Source: Eledone cirrhosa (Eukaryota). From it: a stretch of DNA of 64,000 bases. Numbering within the stretch: the stretch's first letter is position 1; each line of letters begins with the position of its first letter. Made by a program: the position numbers and the translations under genes. Location: contig OZ024743.1 of the NCBI GenBank assembly GCA_964016885.1, forward strand, positions 181,660,001 through 181,724,000, in the 5' to 3' direction. The notes beneath the pieces were generated by a model that was given only the letters and a program-made list of their open reading frames with translations, was not told the origin of the DNA and did not search any database. Below, one piece after another: positions 11,700-23,829 of this stretch.

Positions 11700-14260
11700 T
11701 GGAGAAGATAGCTCCCATAACACCGGGTCCTCAGGTGTCAGATAGAGGAACGACTTTCAGATATAAAATATATTGAATAAGCAGTCCCGGACCAAATCCC
11801 AGGTTGCTCTTTGGCAAGATATAGTACATGGCAGCAGCCACCCGTGTTGGATTATGCAAAGAGCCATTTGGGAAACAGGAATGGTTGTGTTGAAAGGTGA
11901 ACACCAATAAAGTTCTCCCAGTTTTCAGTACTTGTTCGACTAGTGAATGAACGACGGTAGGAGGTGACTCTGCCTCCACCAGTGGGGCACTGCGCCTGTG
12001 AGAGTCTTGGCAAATCATCGTAGTATTTCTACTAATAGAAAACATGACTGATACAAATAACAGCTCCACAGTTAGAGCCTGTGATTTTCCATCCTTGCAT
12101 GGGCCTGAAGAAAGCTCAATTTCTCCCTATGAAGTTGATGTTCTAAATCCTACAGGACGAGCATCCTCCGATGTCAGAACCAAGAGAATACTATTTGACC
12201 AAAGAGACCATGTAACTTCGGCTCTCTAAACTGCCATTCACTCACATCCCACATTTCCCTTATATCAATACCTATAACATGGCAATCGTATGTGTTCAAG
12301 AATACCGATTTATCCTCACAAAAACTAAACCAGGCATAATCCCCCATAACATCGGCAAAAGCTTTCCGTTTACTGCATCAGCATAAAAAGAGACATCGGG
12401 GCTGCGATTGGAGGAGTTGGTTTGACAATACAAACACATTTCCTTCCTCTACTTACAAAGGTAACCAAAGTCAATGACCGGATTGTCAGAGCAGTATTCA
12501 AGGGAAATCCCAAAACTATTATAAGCTGGTATTCATCCCACTAACACCTGCCGGAAGAGGAAGTAGAACATATTTACCATCAACTGAGTGCCACTGACTC
12601 TGAGGTATCCCCTCATGCCATGATAATTATTGGGGGAGCAACGCACAAATTAGAGGCAGATTTCCATACCACCAGAGTACTAACAGAAACGGCACGTTTC
12701 TAGAAGAATTTCTATATGAACATGATCTCCTAGCTGGAAATACCACTTTCCAGAAACCGAAACGGAAACTATAGTCTTGGAGACACTCAGCTGGGCATCT
12801 TTACCAAATTGATTTTATCATTTACAGGATCATTTACAGGCACAGGATTCATGATGGTCAGGCACATACTTCCTCTACGGCCCCAGGGCGAGATCACAAC
12901 ACCATCACAGCCAACATTCAATAGGCACATACTTCCTCTACGGCCCCAGGGCGAGATCACAACACCATCACAGCCAACATTCAATAGGTACATACTTCCT
13001 CTACGGCCCCAGGGCGAGATCACAACACCATCACAGCCAACATTCAATAGGTACATACTTCCTCTACGGCCCCAGGGCGAGATCACAACACCATCACAGC
13101 CAACATTCAATAGGCACATACTTCCTCTACGGCCCCAGGGCGAGATCACAACACCATCACAGCCAACATTCAATGGGCACATACTTCCTCTACGGCCCCA
13201 GGGCGAGATCACAACACCATCACAGCCAACATTCAATAGGTAGATACTTCCTCTACGGCCCCAGGGCGAGATCACAACACCATCACAGCCAACATTCAAT
13301 AGGTACATACTTCCTCTACGGCCCCAGGGCGAGATCACAACACCATCACAGCCAACATTCAATGGGCACATACTTCCTCTACGGTCCCAGGGCGAGATCA
13401 CAACACCATCACAGCCAACATTCAATGGGCACATACTTCCTCTACGGCCCCAGGGCGAGATCACAACACCATCACAGCCAACATTCAATGGGCACATACT
13501 TCCTCTACGGCCCCAGGGCGAGATCACAACACCATCACAGCCAACATTCAATGGGCACATACTTCCTCTACGGCCCCAGGGCGAGATCACAACACCATCA
13601 CAGCCAACATTCAATGGGCACATACTTCCCCTACGGCCCCAGGGCGAGATCACAACACCATCACAGCCAACATTCAATGGGCACATACTTCCTCTACGGC
13701 CCCAGGGCGAGATCACAACACCATCACAGCCAACATTCAATGGGCACATACTTCCTCTACGGCCCCAGGGCGAGATCACAACACCATCACAGCCAACATT
13801 CAATGGGCACATACTTCCTCTACGGTCCCAGGGTGAGATCACAACACCATCACAGCCAACATTCAATAGGTACATACTTCCTCTACGGCCCCAGGGCGAG
13901 ATCACAACACCATCACAGCCAACATTCAATGGGCACATACTTCCTCTACGGTCTCACGAACAGAAAAGGTTGAGGCCATTCCCCTCTACAGATGTGAGTC
14001 ATTGTCACTAACAAAATTACTCACAAAGAGGATTAATGGCACATTTACGTGAATGAGAAGGATCCAGAACATATCCTGGTGAACACACGTAGGCAATAAA
14101 TTGCTCTACGATTCACACGCTCGTCTATTTGACACTATAATGGTGTAAGAAGTTCGCATTAGCCGGACATGAGAATGGTCAATGATCCTGCTAGCAAAAT
14201 ATTTTTTTTTTGGAAACGTGATGTTCTTGAAGATGACACCAGTCTTGAGGCAGGATAAAT
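11700..14260 (+). pseudogene. Degraded RTE-clade LINE (5'UTR, APE domain, large RT deletion, post-RT region)
   Basis: 5'UTR-like aatatattgaataagcagtcccggac; APE motifs CVQE, IGGVG, NRNG, WRHSAGHLYQIDFII; after the tandem array LYRCESLSLTK. Confidence 0.65.
12861..13952 (+). repeat. 63-bp tandem minisatellite, ~17.3 copies
   Basis: Unit ggcacatacttcctctacggccccagggcgagatcacaacaccatcacagccaacattcaat(a/g), nearly identical copies; 21-aa periodicity in the overlapping ORFs. Confidence 0.97.
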
Positions 14261-14378
14261 TTAGAGGGCAATACGAGACGGGGTGATAAAATAAAGTGCC
14301 AGTAACACACTGGGTCGATTTAACCGACTCTCCCCTAAAATTGTTGGCCATGTGTCTAAAGCAGAAACAAATATTATA

Positions 14379-15786
14379 TCTATATATAATATAAAAGAGT
14401 GATGTTTATTGGTTGGTTGAATCTCTCTCTCTCTCTATCTATATATAATATAAAAGAGTGATGTTTATTGGTTGGTTGAATCTCTCTCTCTCTATCTCTC
14501 TCTCTCTAAAGAGAGAGATTAAATTAAAGTGTTAAATATTCATAGAGAGAGTGACGTCCCACAAAAGTCTAGAATCGGCTTAAACTATATATAAAAGTAT
14601 CAGTTGAAGGTTTAACAGTATTGCGTTAGCTTTTATAAAGTCGTTTTACACCAGTCTTTGATTTTCAGGACAAAGAAAAATTAATACAAATTGAAATTAA
14701 TCTACGGTGTATATTAATTTAGCTTTATGAGGATAGTGTCATGTTATTATTGACCTAATTCAGATGACAGATTGTCAACCTATTCTCTAAGGCTGCTATT
14801 TGCGTTTATTTCTTTTTTTTTATATTGCTTTGTATTGTTTGTTTTTTGTTGTTTTTTTTATTCACGATATTTTCCAAGAAAATTAATTTCATCATGTCAC
14901 CAAAACATCGGTCATCTATCAGGGGTGAGTTACAATGTCCGCCAAAAGGGAAACTCACGAACAATATAAAAAAGTCTTGGGGATAAAGGGAGAAGTCAAC
15001 ATTGTGACATTCAGCAGAATATGAGACGGGAAACAGAAAGATTAAGACAAGACGAGCGCAACTTTCTGAAAGTGTACAGAACCTGAGTCAGGAAAGAAGA
15101 TTAAGGCAAGAAGAAAGACAATCGCAATTTTCTAAAAGTGTACAGAACCTGAGACAGGAAACAGAAAGATTAAGGCAAGAAGAAAGACTATCGCGACAAA
15201 GGTTCAATATGAAAATCATCAAAAGGCAATGAGAGTTGCGATGCAAACTCCACGAGCACAAAGGACTCTTCAAGGCAGAATAAATTGGTTAAGAGCTGCG
15301 ATTTCATATGATCCATCGAAGAATTATAGAAATGATCCTAAAGATGCAATTGGTAGCATGGATATTACACTTGGCATATGTTGCTTAGGAATAAAGGTCA
15401 GACTTCCACTGATAGAGGACCCGCTAGCTTTTATCCATATGCTGCTTACAGACCATACTGACGAAGCTAAATACTTCAGAAGCAATGTTATGTGGTATAT
15501 TACTGCGTTTCAGATGACGTCCTTTGGAGCTGAAAAAGATCATACTGACTATGGTTATTTCACAACATTTAAAAACCAAGGACAATGCTACCATTAATCG
15601 GAATTTTACTCCCCAGCCTAATAAGGAAGTTTTATGATTGTTTTGTTTTTTTTGTCTCTCTCTCTCACACACACACTACGGTCTCACCCCATACTGTAAA
15701 CCTGACAACACATTCAATACAGTCCTTTTCTCTTTTATCCGTCTTCTCTTAAATGTTCTCTCGGGCGAAGCCAGGTACCTCAGCTG
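14379..15786 (+). mobile_element. Non-autonomous or decayed Helitron
   Basis: A|TCTATATATAATATAAAA 5' end (tandemly duplicated); Rep N-terminal motifs YDP..IGSM..GICC..KVRLP..FQMTSFGA..FKNQGQCYH (ORF 15229..15597); 3' gggcgaagccaggtacctcagctg (CTAG degenerate). Confidence 0.8.
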
Positions 15787-15819
<33 letters not shown>

Positions 15820-15827
15820 ATATATGT

Positions 15828-15870
<43 letters not shown>

Positions 15871-16049
15871 GGAGGTGAGTTTTATTGTAGTACAATAAAG
15901 CAATGCAGATATCGGATAAGATATCTTCATATCATGTTCTCCTGTTTTATCTGATGAAAACACAAATATTATTGCATGATGATGTTTGTTTTTGAAATGC
16001 GCATAATAAAATATATGGAACTCCTTTAACCATCTTTTGATCTTATATT

Positions 16050-16144
16050 ATATATATATATATATATATATACGTGTGTGTGTGTTTATATATATGTGTG
16101 TGTGTATATATATGTGTATATATATGTGTGTGTATATATATGTT

Positions 16145-16175
<31 letters not shown>

Positions 16176-16331
16176 ATGTATATATATGTCTATGTATATG
16201 TGGGTGTGTGTGTATGTGTGTGTAGGTGTATATATGTGTGTGTATCTATATGTATGTGTATATATATGTATGTGTATATATATATGTATACATATATATA
16301 CACACACATATATATATATACACACACACAC

Positions 16332-16362
<31 letters not shown>

Positions 16363-16369
16363 TATATAC

Positions 16370-16416
<47 letters not shown>

Positions 16417-16538
16417 TGTGTGTGTGTGTATATATATGTGTGTGTGTGTGTATATATATATGTGTGTGTGTGTATATATATATGTGTGTGTGTGTATATA
16501 TATATGTGTGTGTGTATATACATGTATATATATATATA

Positions 16539-16590
<52 letters not shown>

Positions 16591-16621
16591 TGTGTGTGTG
16601 TGTGTGTATATATATGTGTGT
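16050..16621. repeat. Compound (TA)n/(TG)n/(CA)n microsatellite
   Basis: Direct inspection. Confidence 0.95.
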
Positions 16622-18594
16622 GTGGCGAAAGCAAGTGAAACCCTGGTGCCGAGGAAAAAGAACAAAGGGAAGCACGTCAGCTCTGCAAACCCAAAAGTGT
16701 GTGCAGCCAGAGAACACCTGAAAGCTGCCAGGGACCAATTCTATGCTGATCCTACGGAGGAGAGGATGGAGACTGTGGAGGTGATGAGGGAAGAGCTCTG
16801 TACCGCTTACACTGAGGTCAGAGAGCAGGCACTGATAGAGAAGATCAGAAGTGTGGAGAGAGCGGTTGACAGATCTGGATGTAAGGAGAGCTGGATGATC
16901 ATCAACGAGATCACAGGGAGGAAGAAAAGGTGTTCGAGTCAGATCCAGGGAACGGGGCCCGAGGATAGGAAGAGGAAATGGCTAGACCATTTTAGGACCC
17001 TACTAGGAGAGCCACCCTCCACAGCCCAGAGCACTGGGGAGATCAGGCGGCTGTTTGAGGAACTGGATGTTGAGACAGAGCCCTTCACCAGAGAGGAGCT
17101 TCAGAGAGCCAAGAAGAAGATCAAGGAGGGCAAGGCTCATGGAGAAGATGGAGTGGCATCAGAGGTGATGAAGAGGTGTGATTTTGATGATATCATCCTG
17201 GGGTTCTGTAACGGGGCACTGGAGAAAGGAGTTGCCCCGAATCAGTGGAGGATCAGTAACATCGTCCCAGTGCCAAAGAAGGGAGATCTCTCTAACACCA
17301 ACAACTACCGGGGGATCTCACTGACGTCACTTGTGGCAAAGACCCTCAACAGGATGATTCTTAACAGGATCCAGCCTGAGATGGAGAAGAAGCTCAGGGA
17401 CAACCAGAACGGCTTCAGAGAGGGTAGATCAACCACCAGTCACATCCTGATGCTGAGGAGGATATTAGAGGGAGCTAGAGCAAAGTGCCTTCCTGCGGTC
17501 ATGGTTTTCATTGACCTTTGATTCTGTGGACGGTTACTGCCTGATGAAGATCTTACAGGCTTATGGAATCCCCAAGAGGATAGTGGACCTGATATCACTG
17601 CTCTACACCAACACCAAAGCCCAAGTCATTACACCTGATGGGATGACAGAGTTCTTTGAGATACTGGCTGGAGTGCTCCAGGGAGATACATTGGCTCCCT
17701 ACCTTTTTATCATCGTAGTGGACTATTGTATGCGCCTTGCACTGGAGAAACACCAGGACTCTGGCTTTACTGTAGCACCGGCTCAGAGCAGGAGAGTTGG
17801 GGCGAAAAAGGTATCGGATGCTGAATTTGCCGACGACATAGTTTTGGTGACAAATACAGTGAAGGAGGCAGAGGATTTGATGCGGGAGGTTGAGACTGTG
17901 TCGATGAGTGTGGGGCTGAGAATGAATGAGACTAAAACAAAATATCTGGTAGAGAATGTTGAGAAGCCAGAGGGGATCACTAATGTAGGCGGGAAGCCGC
18001 TGGAATTGGTTGAGGACTTCCTGTATTTGGGAGCAAAGATTGGGAATACGGAAGATGATGTGGTTGAGAGGAAGAGCAAGGCCTGGGCGGCGTGTCACAG
18101 CTTGAGATCGGTGTGGAAGTCGGACCTTCGTAGAGACCTGAAAATCCGCCTCTTCATTGCTGTAGTGGAGTCTGTGCTGCTGTATGGGTCTGAGACTTGG
18201 ACACTGACCAAGAGACTCACTCAGATGGTGGATGGGTGCTACACGAGAATGCTGAGGATGGCTCTGAACATTAATCAGTATACACTGAGGATGAAAAACT
18301 CAGAGCTGTATGGGAGCATCCCAAAAGTCAGCTCAAAAGTGACACAGAGGAGACTGAGGTTGGCTGGACATGCTCACCGACATCCAGAGTTGACATTGCA
18401 CTCAGTGCTCCTTTGGGAGCCCCTACATGGACACACTAGAAGAGGAAGACCAAGGTTAACATATGTTGATGCCCTAAGGACAGACACTGGTCTGTTGGAG
18501 ATGCAGGATATGGCAGCGATAATGACGGACAGAGACCGCTGGAGAGAACTCGTCCATGGATCTCGGGAATTTTACCCGCCTTAGATAGATAGAT
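16622..18594 (+). mobile_element. 5'-truncated RTE-clade LINE with RT (one frameshift near 17515)
   Basis: VPVPKKGDLS..NYRGISL, QNGFREGRST, FID/FDS, GVLQGDTLAPYLF, FADD, LLYGSETW, RGRP; stop at 18584 followed by (TAGA)n. Confidence 0.92.
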
Positions 18595-18605
18595 ATGTGT
18601 GTGTG

Positions 18606-18780
<175 letters not shown>

Positions 18781-18808
18781 ATATATATGTATATATATAT
18801 ATATATGT

Positions 18809-19240
18809 GTCAATGGCCATCCAAAATCCCCGGGAGAGATGACCCCTTAGCCTTTGTCAAGGCAGAATTCTAGGAGAAGGAAAACTCTGATATAACACCT
18901 GCAACCCTGATGGTATCCAATGATGTTGACTTGTTCTTCTTTTTGGTAAATATCATCTTGGTTAAGAGAGTGGGACTGGCTTTGTGCAGTGCCTTGCTCA
19001 CTATAAAAGCTTCACGGCACAGGCATTGCTTTATATCTGGAGATCTCTGCACTTGTCGTCACATGGTACCATGGGCCCAGTACTATGTGTCAATAATTGT
19101 CACAAGTGTAGTGTTTGTACCAGAGTTTTCAAGTCGCTGGCTGGACTAAAAATTCACACTTGTTCAGCGGATTGGTAGGGGTTCTCCTACATGGATATAA
19201 AGTAGTGGCTGTACTCGAAAACGAGTTGGCAGCCACCATA
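18809..19240 (+). mobile_element. Non-autonomous bipartite RTE derivative (5'-truncated copy)
   Basis: Reverse-complement match to 32258-32690; ctaggagaaggaaaactctga 5'UTR-like motif and 3' gtactcgaaaacgagttggcagccacca. Confidence 0.8.
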
Positions 19241-19334
19241 TATGTGTGTGTATACATATATGTGTGTGTGTGTGTATATATGTATATATATATATATGTG
19301 TGTATATATATGTGTGTGTGTATATATATATATC

Positions 19335-20705
19335 CAGGGGGTGTAACTTAGAGTTAACGTAGGTTCACTCGAGTGAGCACTCGATGTTTAGGTTCACTTC
19401 AGTGTCGAGGTGTAGAGCTAGACAGAGTGTATTATAGTAAAATAAGATAACAAAGACGATTGGTTACTCCTTCATTACGTTTATTGGTTGGTGACGCGCG
19501 TTTCGCCACTGATCAGCTCAAGGTTCGATCTGACCCGACTCTGTAAGCCGCGGCTCGTCACACCCCTTGTAATGTTAATGGAAAAATGAATACATGCTGC
19601 ATGATAAAGTCAGAAGTTCCTATGGTGGTCAGTGAAGTTTGTTTTGATTGGTGGATTAATTCATAGGATGTTTTTTGCCTGTAGTGTATATGGGGTGGGT
19701 GGGTGTGGTGATAAGTTGGTGGTGCCGGTCGTAGATTGAAGTGGGTGGGGTGCTGGTTGTCGGTAGACAGTTTGGCATGTAGATGTGGTTGATTTTATTG
19801 TGTGTGGTGTGGGTGTGGTGTTGTTGTTTATGATATGGTTGCGGTGTGTATGGTAGGGTGATAGAGGATTGTTAAGGGGGCTCCATTCCATAAGGAAATA
19901 CATATATACACACGTCGCCTGACAAATACATTATATACATACACGTGTATATACATAGCCAGTGGGGATGGCGGTTGTACAAACATACTTACACACAGAC
20001 ACACACACATGCGTTGTTTAGGGAGGGGTGTTCGGCATGGTATGTGTTGGTGATGTTGATGGTTGTGGAAGTATGGATATGTGTTTGGTGGTGTTGGGGG
20101 TGATGGGTGCGACATGATATTTACAGGATCGAATGTTACGATGGATTACAGGTTAAAAAGTGATAGAGGAAACACGGAGAAAGCAAAGGTACTGAGATGA
20201 GGGGTGGTGGGTGTGAGGTGATGTGTGTGGTGGTGGTGGTGGTGGGAGTGATGTGGGCCACATGATATTTACAGGATCGGCTGTTACGATATGTTACAAG
20301 TTAAAATCTGACAGAGGAGACACAGAGAACACAATGGTACTGAGATGAGGGATGTATGGCGATGTGTTTGGTGGTGGTGGTGGGGGTGATGGGTGCGACA
20401 TGATATTTACAAGATCTGATCCGACAATGGATTACATGTTAGAGAAGACAAAGGTACTGACTGAGATGAGGGACGGTGTGGCAAAGCAAAGGTGATTATC
20501 CCTATGTTGAGTCAGGGTTAGTGGCCGGTCCTCGGCCGAATGTTTGTGCAGAGAAGGTAGTCATCCTGGTGTGTCTGCAGTTTATTATTATGTCAGATCT
20601 TGAGTTTATGGCCGATTTCAATTTAATGATCTCAGCCGCCTCGTCCAGGCATAACCTGCAGTGGTTTCTGTCGTTGGGGAGTTGGACCACGCGTCTTCGT
20701 CCAAA
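19335..20705 (-). mobile_element. 5'-truncated Penelope-like element (GIY-YIG C-terminus, 3'UTR, HHR-bearing terminus)
   Basis: CRLCLDEAAEII..INSRSDIIINCRH (ORF 20502..20690) matches the Neptune-type C..CL.E..I..LN.R.E...CRH end; (TA)n flanks; ~130 bp triplicated unit at 20080-20472. Confidence 0.75.
19486..19566 (-). ncRNA. Type I hammerhead motif (C3G core variant)
   Basis: Minus strand ggt-GTGACGA-gccgc...gtggc-GAAAC GCGC GTC-acc; palindromic stem III acgcgcgt. Confidence 0.6.
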
Positions 20706-20727
20706 TATATATATATATATATATATG

Positions 20728-21108
20728 TATTGGAAAATGTGTGAGATCCTTGGTACAGTTAGGTATATTTGAAAAAAAGGAAAAGAATGACTTCACTTGT
20801 AGTTCTAAATAATTTGATTTAATTTTATAATATTATAATATTATGAGTTGGTAGATCTAATACTAGATATTTATACATAGAATTCACAATATTAAGTTCT
20901 CATCTGGATTTGTCACTATCTGTAAACCAATTTTTGTATTTTATCTGGTGAGAGCGTACCAAAATACTGGTACCCTTGAAATATATATAATAAAATAAAT
21001 ATGGTTTTAGAAAGATCTAGTACTAGATCTACCAACTCATAATATTATAATATTATAAAATTAAATCAAATTATTTAGAACAAGTGAAGTCATTCTTTTC
21101 CTTTTTTT

Positions 21109-21116
<8 letters not shown>
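20728..21116. repeat. AT-rich fold-back element between (TA)n tracts
   Basis: ~100 bp arms ~20772-20870 / 21015-21110 (aaaggaaaagaatgacttcacttg...gagttggtagatcta). Confidence 0.8.
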
Positions 21117-21164
<48 letters not shown>

Positions 21165-22157
21165 ATGCGTGTATGCAACATAATATCACTTTGATAAAGG
21201 CACACGCGGTGGGTATCATTATTGAAACGGGCGACCGATTACGCCTCCACCTTAGAACAGGATTGATCACACTGTCAAGCTTTCACACAACTTTCATCTA
21301 CCAAATCTCCCACACAAGGATTTTTGTCAGCCCGATAATATAGTAGAAGACTCCCACAATTATCACTAAATTGGTTCAAACCTGAAAACCCGTTGTTCGA
21401 AGTGAACGACTTAACCAGAAAGTTATTGGTACGTCTATCGTATCGTATCCTATCATTGGACGACCAGTAGGACGTCTATCTTAATCTTTGAATGGTTATT
21501 ACTACAAGATCCTGTGGAATTGTTAACCGCAACAGGTTGTCATTTGGATCAGAGTGATATCTGTTTATCCTTTATCAAACACTGCTGAATAAGATTAATT
21601 CATCCTGATGGTACCTACTTTAGACTAGGTGGACTGGGCAATTGAAGTCAAGATATTTAGGACATGAAAGCAAAGAAGCTTCGTTTATGGAATATAATCC
21701 ACTGATCTTTTGGTTAGTTGTCATCTAACCTATATACTCAAACATGTGCGCTCCCCAGCAGCTATAAAATGGTTTTTATAAAATATCCATATCTCGAACA
21801 GTAGTGAAAGAGGGAGTGTGATAAAGTGAAAGAGAGAAAGGAAGAGAGGGAGAGGTTTAGTCAGTCAGTAAAACAGAAAAATATATAATTTCCCTATAAA
21901 ATACAATTATACAATGAACTTAAACTAACCAAAACACACCAAAGAAAATATAATTATCAGCCTAAATCAATTTAAAATTAAAAACAACCAACTATATTCC
22001 CACTGAGATAACGAACTTCATCAGGCCACGATCGCTCTCAATATATTGCGGTTATCTAATTTGTTTGTAATCTTCCTAAAATTTGTTTGTCATAATAAAT
22101 CATTTGTGATGACCAAATTCCATATTGATATACCGTGAAAAACATTGTTATTATTAG

Positions 22158-22348
22158 GGCGGTGGATTGGCAGTATCGGTAGAGGGTCGGACGCCATGCT
22201 TTCCAGCATAGTTACGTCCCTTTACGATCTGAGTTCAAATCCCGCCGAGGTTGACTTTGCCTTTCATCCTTACGGGGTCGATAAAATAAAGTACCAGTAA
22301 TGCACTGGGTAATTGCTGGCCTTGTGCCTAAAGTAGAAACAATTATTA
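22158..22348 (+). mobile_element. Full-length tRNA-derived SINE
   Basis: Complete head, core and tail. Confidence 0.9.
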
Positions 22349-22399
22349 GTAGCTTTGTTAGCCTCCACATATATGTTTACATTATAATTGATATGACTA

Positions 22400-22606
22400 G
22401 GGCGGTGAATTGGCAGTAATCAGTAGAGCATCAGACAACATGCTTTGCGGCATATTGTTACGTCTTTTTACGTTCTGAGTTCAAATCCCACCGAGGTTAG
22501 CTTTGCTTTTCATCCTTACATAGTAGATAAAATAAAATACCAGTAACTCACTGGGGTCGATTTGATCGACTTTCCCCTTCCTTTCATTATGCCAAATGTA
22601 GACACT
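22400..22606 (+). mobile_element. tRNA-derived SINE with 19-bp TSD
   Basis: attataattgatatgacta at 22381-22399 and 22607-22625. Confidence 0.9.
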
Positions 22607-22967
22607 ATTATAATTGATATGACTATGTGATTAAGATGTTCACTACATAATCATTACGTTCCAAATTTGGTCCCGCTCCCCGTCGCATCCACCATATACT
22701 TTCTACTATAATGGGGACGGTGGAAGCATTTCTGAATTTATTTTTTTTTGGGGGGGGGGGGCAAATTGGGACAATTTAATTGCAGTGATTAGTTTAGCTC
22801 TTGGCACTCTAAACTTCGATATGCGATAAACATAAATTGTACATAAATTTTAGCGCATATCCAAATAGATGTGTGTTTTGGAGAAAATATAATTATTGAA
22901 GGGGGGGGGGATTACCCCAGTTTCACCACCACTCTATGTATATGATTTGAAAGAATTAATATATCGA

Positions 22968-23293
22968 GCTTCTTCGCATTTGGTAAGAAACTTGTATTAT
23001 ACCAAATTTATATAGTAATAATAATAAATTTGAAGACTAATATACATACATTCATTTATTATGGATATTGGTGAGCTAACATGAATAAATTTGGTTTAAT
23101 ACAAGTTTCTTACCAAATGCGCAGGTGAAGCCTATATATATGCAAATATATATATATATTTGCATTCGTTTATTATGGCTATTGGTAAGTGTTGTTACTC
23201 TAAAGCTTCAACTGCGCACTCACAGGATCACCAGTCTTGTCTGTACGCAGGTGAGACTCCAGAGTAACAAGGCTTAGCCATAATAAATGAATA
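22968..23293. repeat. Two adjacent fold-back units around a (TA)n tract
   Basis: cgcatttggtaagaaacttgtatta..accaaattta / taaatttggt..taatacaagtttcttaccaaatgcg, and attcgtttattatggcta / tagccataataaatgaat. Confidence 0.7.
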
Positions 23294-23829
23294 TTTAAAC
23301 TCTACTTCGGTATTGAGTTTTCATTCTTACGTCCATCAATAATTCACGTATTCTCAGGTCTTGAATAATCGTCCCCACTTATTAATTTGTCAGATCCCCC
23401 TTTCCCGGTTTTTATTCCACCCCCACCAACATTATATATGACAAAAGAACATTACAAGAAATCCTGTATTTTCAAACGTACACTATACAATTACTGATTT
23501 CCAAAAAGACCGCCACCCCTCCACCAATCTCTCCTCCTCTCTATGCCTAACACACAAAACACTTTTTTAATCCCCCTCACTGTATCTATCAAAACCAACC
23601 TCTACCCCTCTCTATATCTACCACGACACCACCTCTCTTATCTAAGACTACTACACTCTCTCACAATATCTCTCCCAATCCTCCTCTTTATATCAATCAC
23701 CCAAAACTCTCACCCTCTCTATATCTACTACACGACCCTCTCCCATTAAGCCTCTCTGTACAACTACAACCACCAAATTTTCCCCCTCTCTATATCTACT
23801 ACACGGCGCTCTCTTCCATTCGATACACG

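Noticed and set aside
12787-13973. 383-aa and 266-aa repetitive ORFs; possible CRISPR-like array
   Set aside because: The ORFs arise from a 63-bp (multiple of 3) tandem unit. There are no unique spacers or cas genes, and the context is eukaryotic.
16037-16738. Many Cys/Val/Tyr/Ile or His/Thr-rich ORFs (also 1773-2549, 18436-18873, 63081-63804)
   Set aside because: Translations of (TG)n/(TA)n/(CA)n microsatellites
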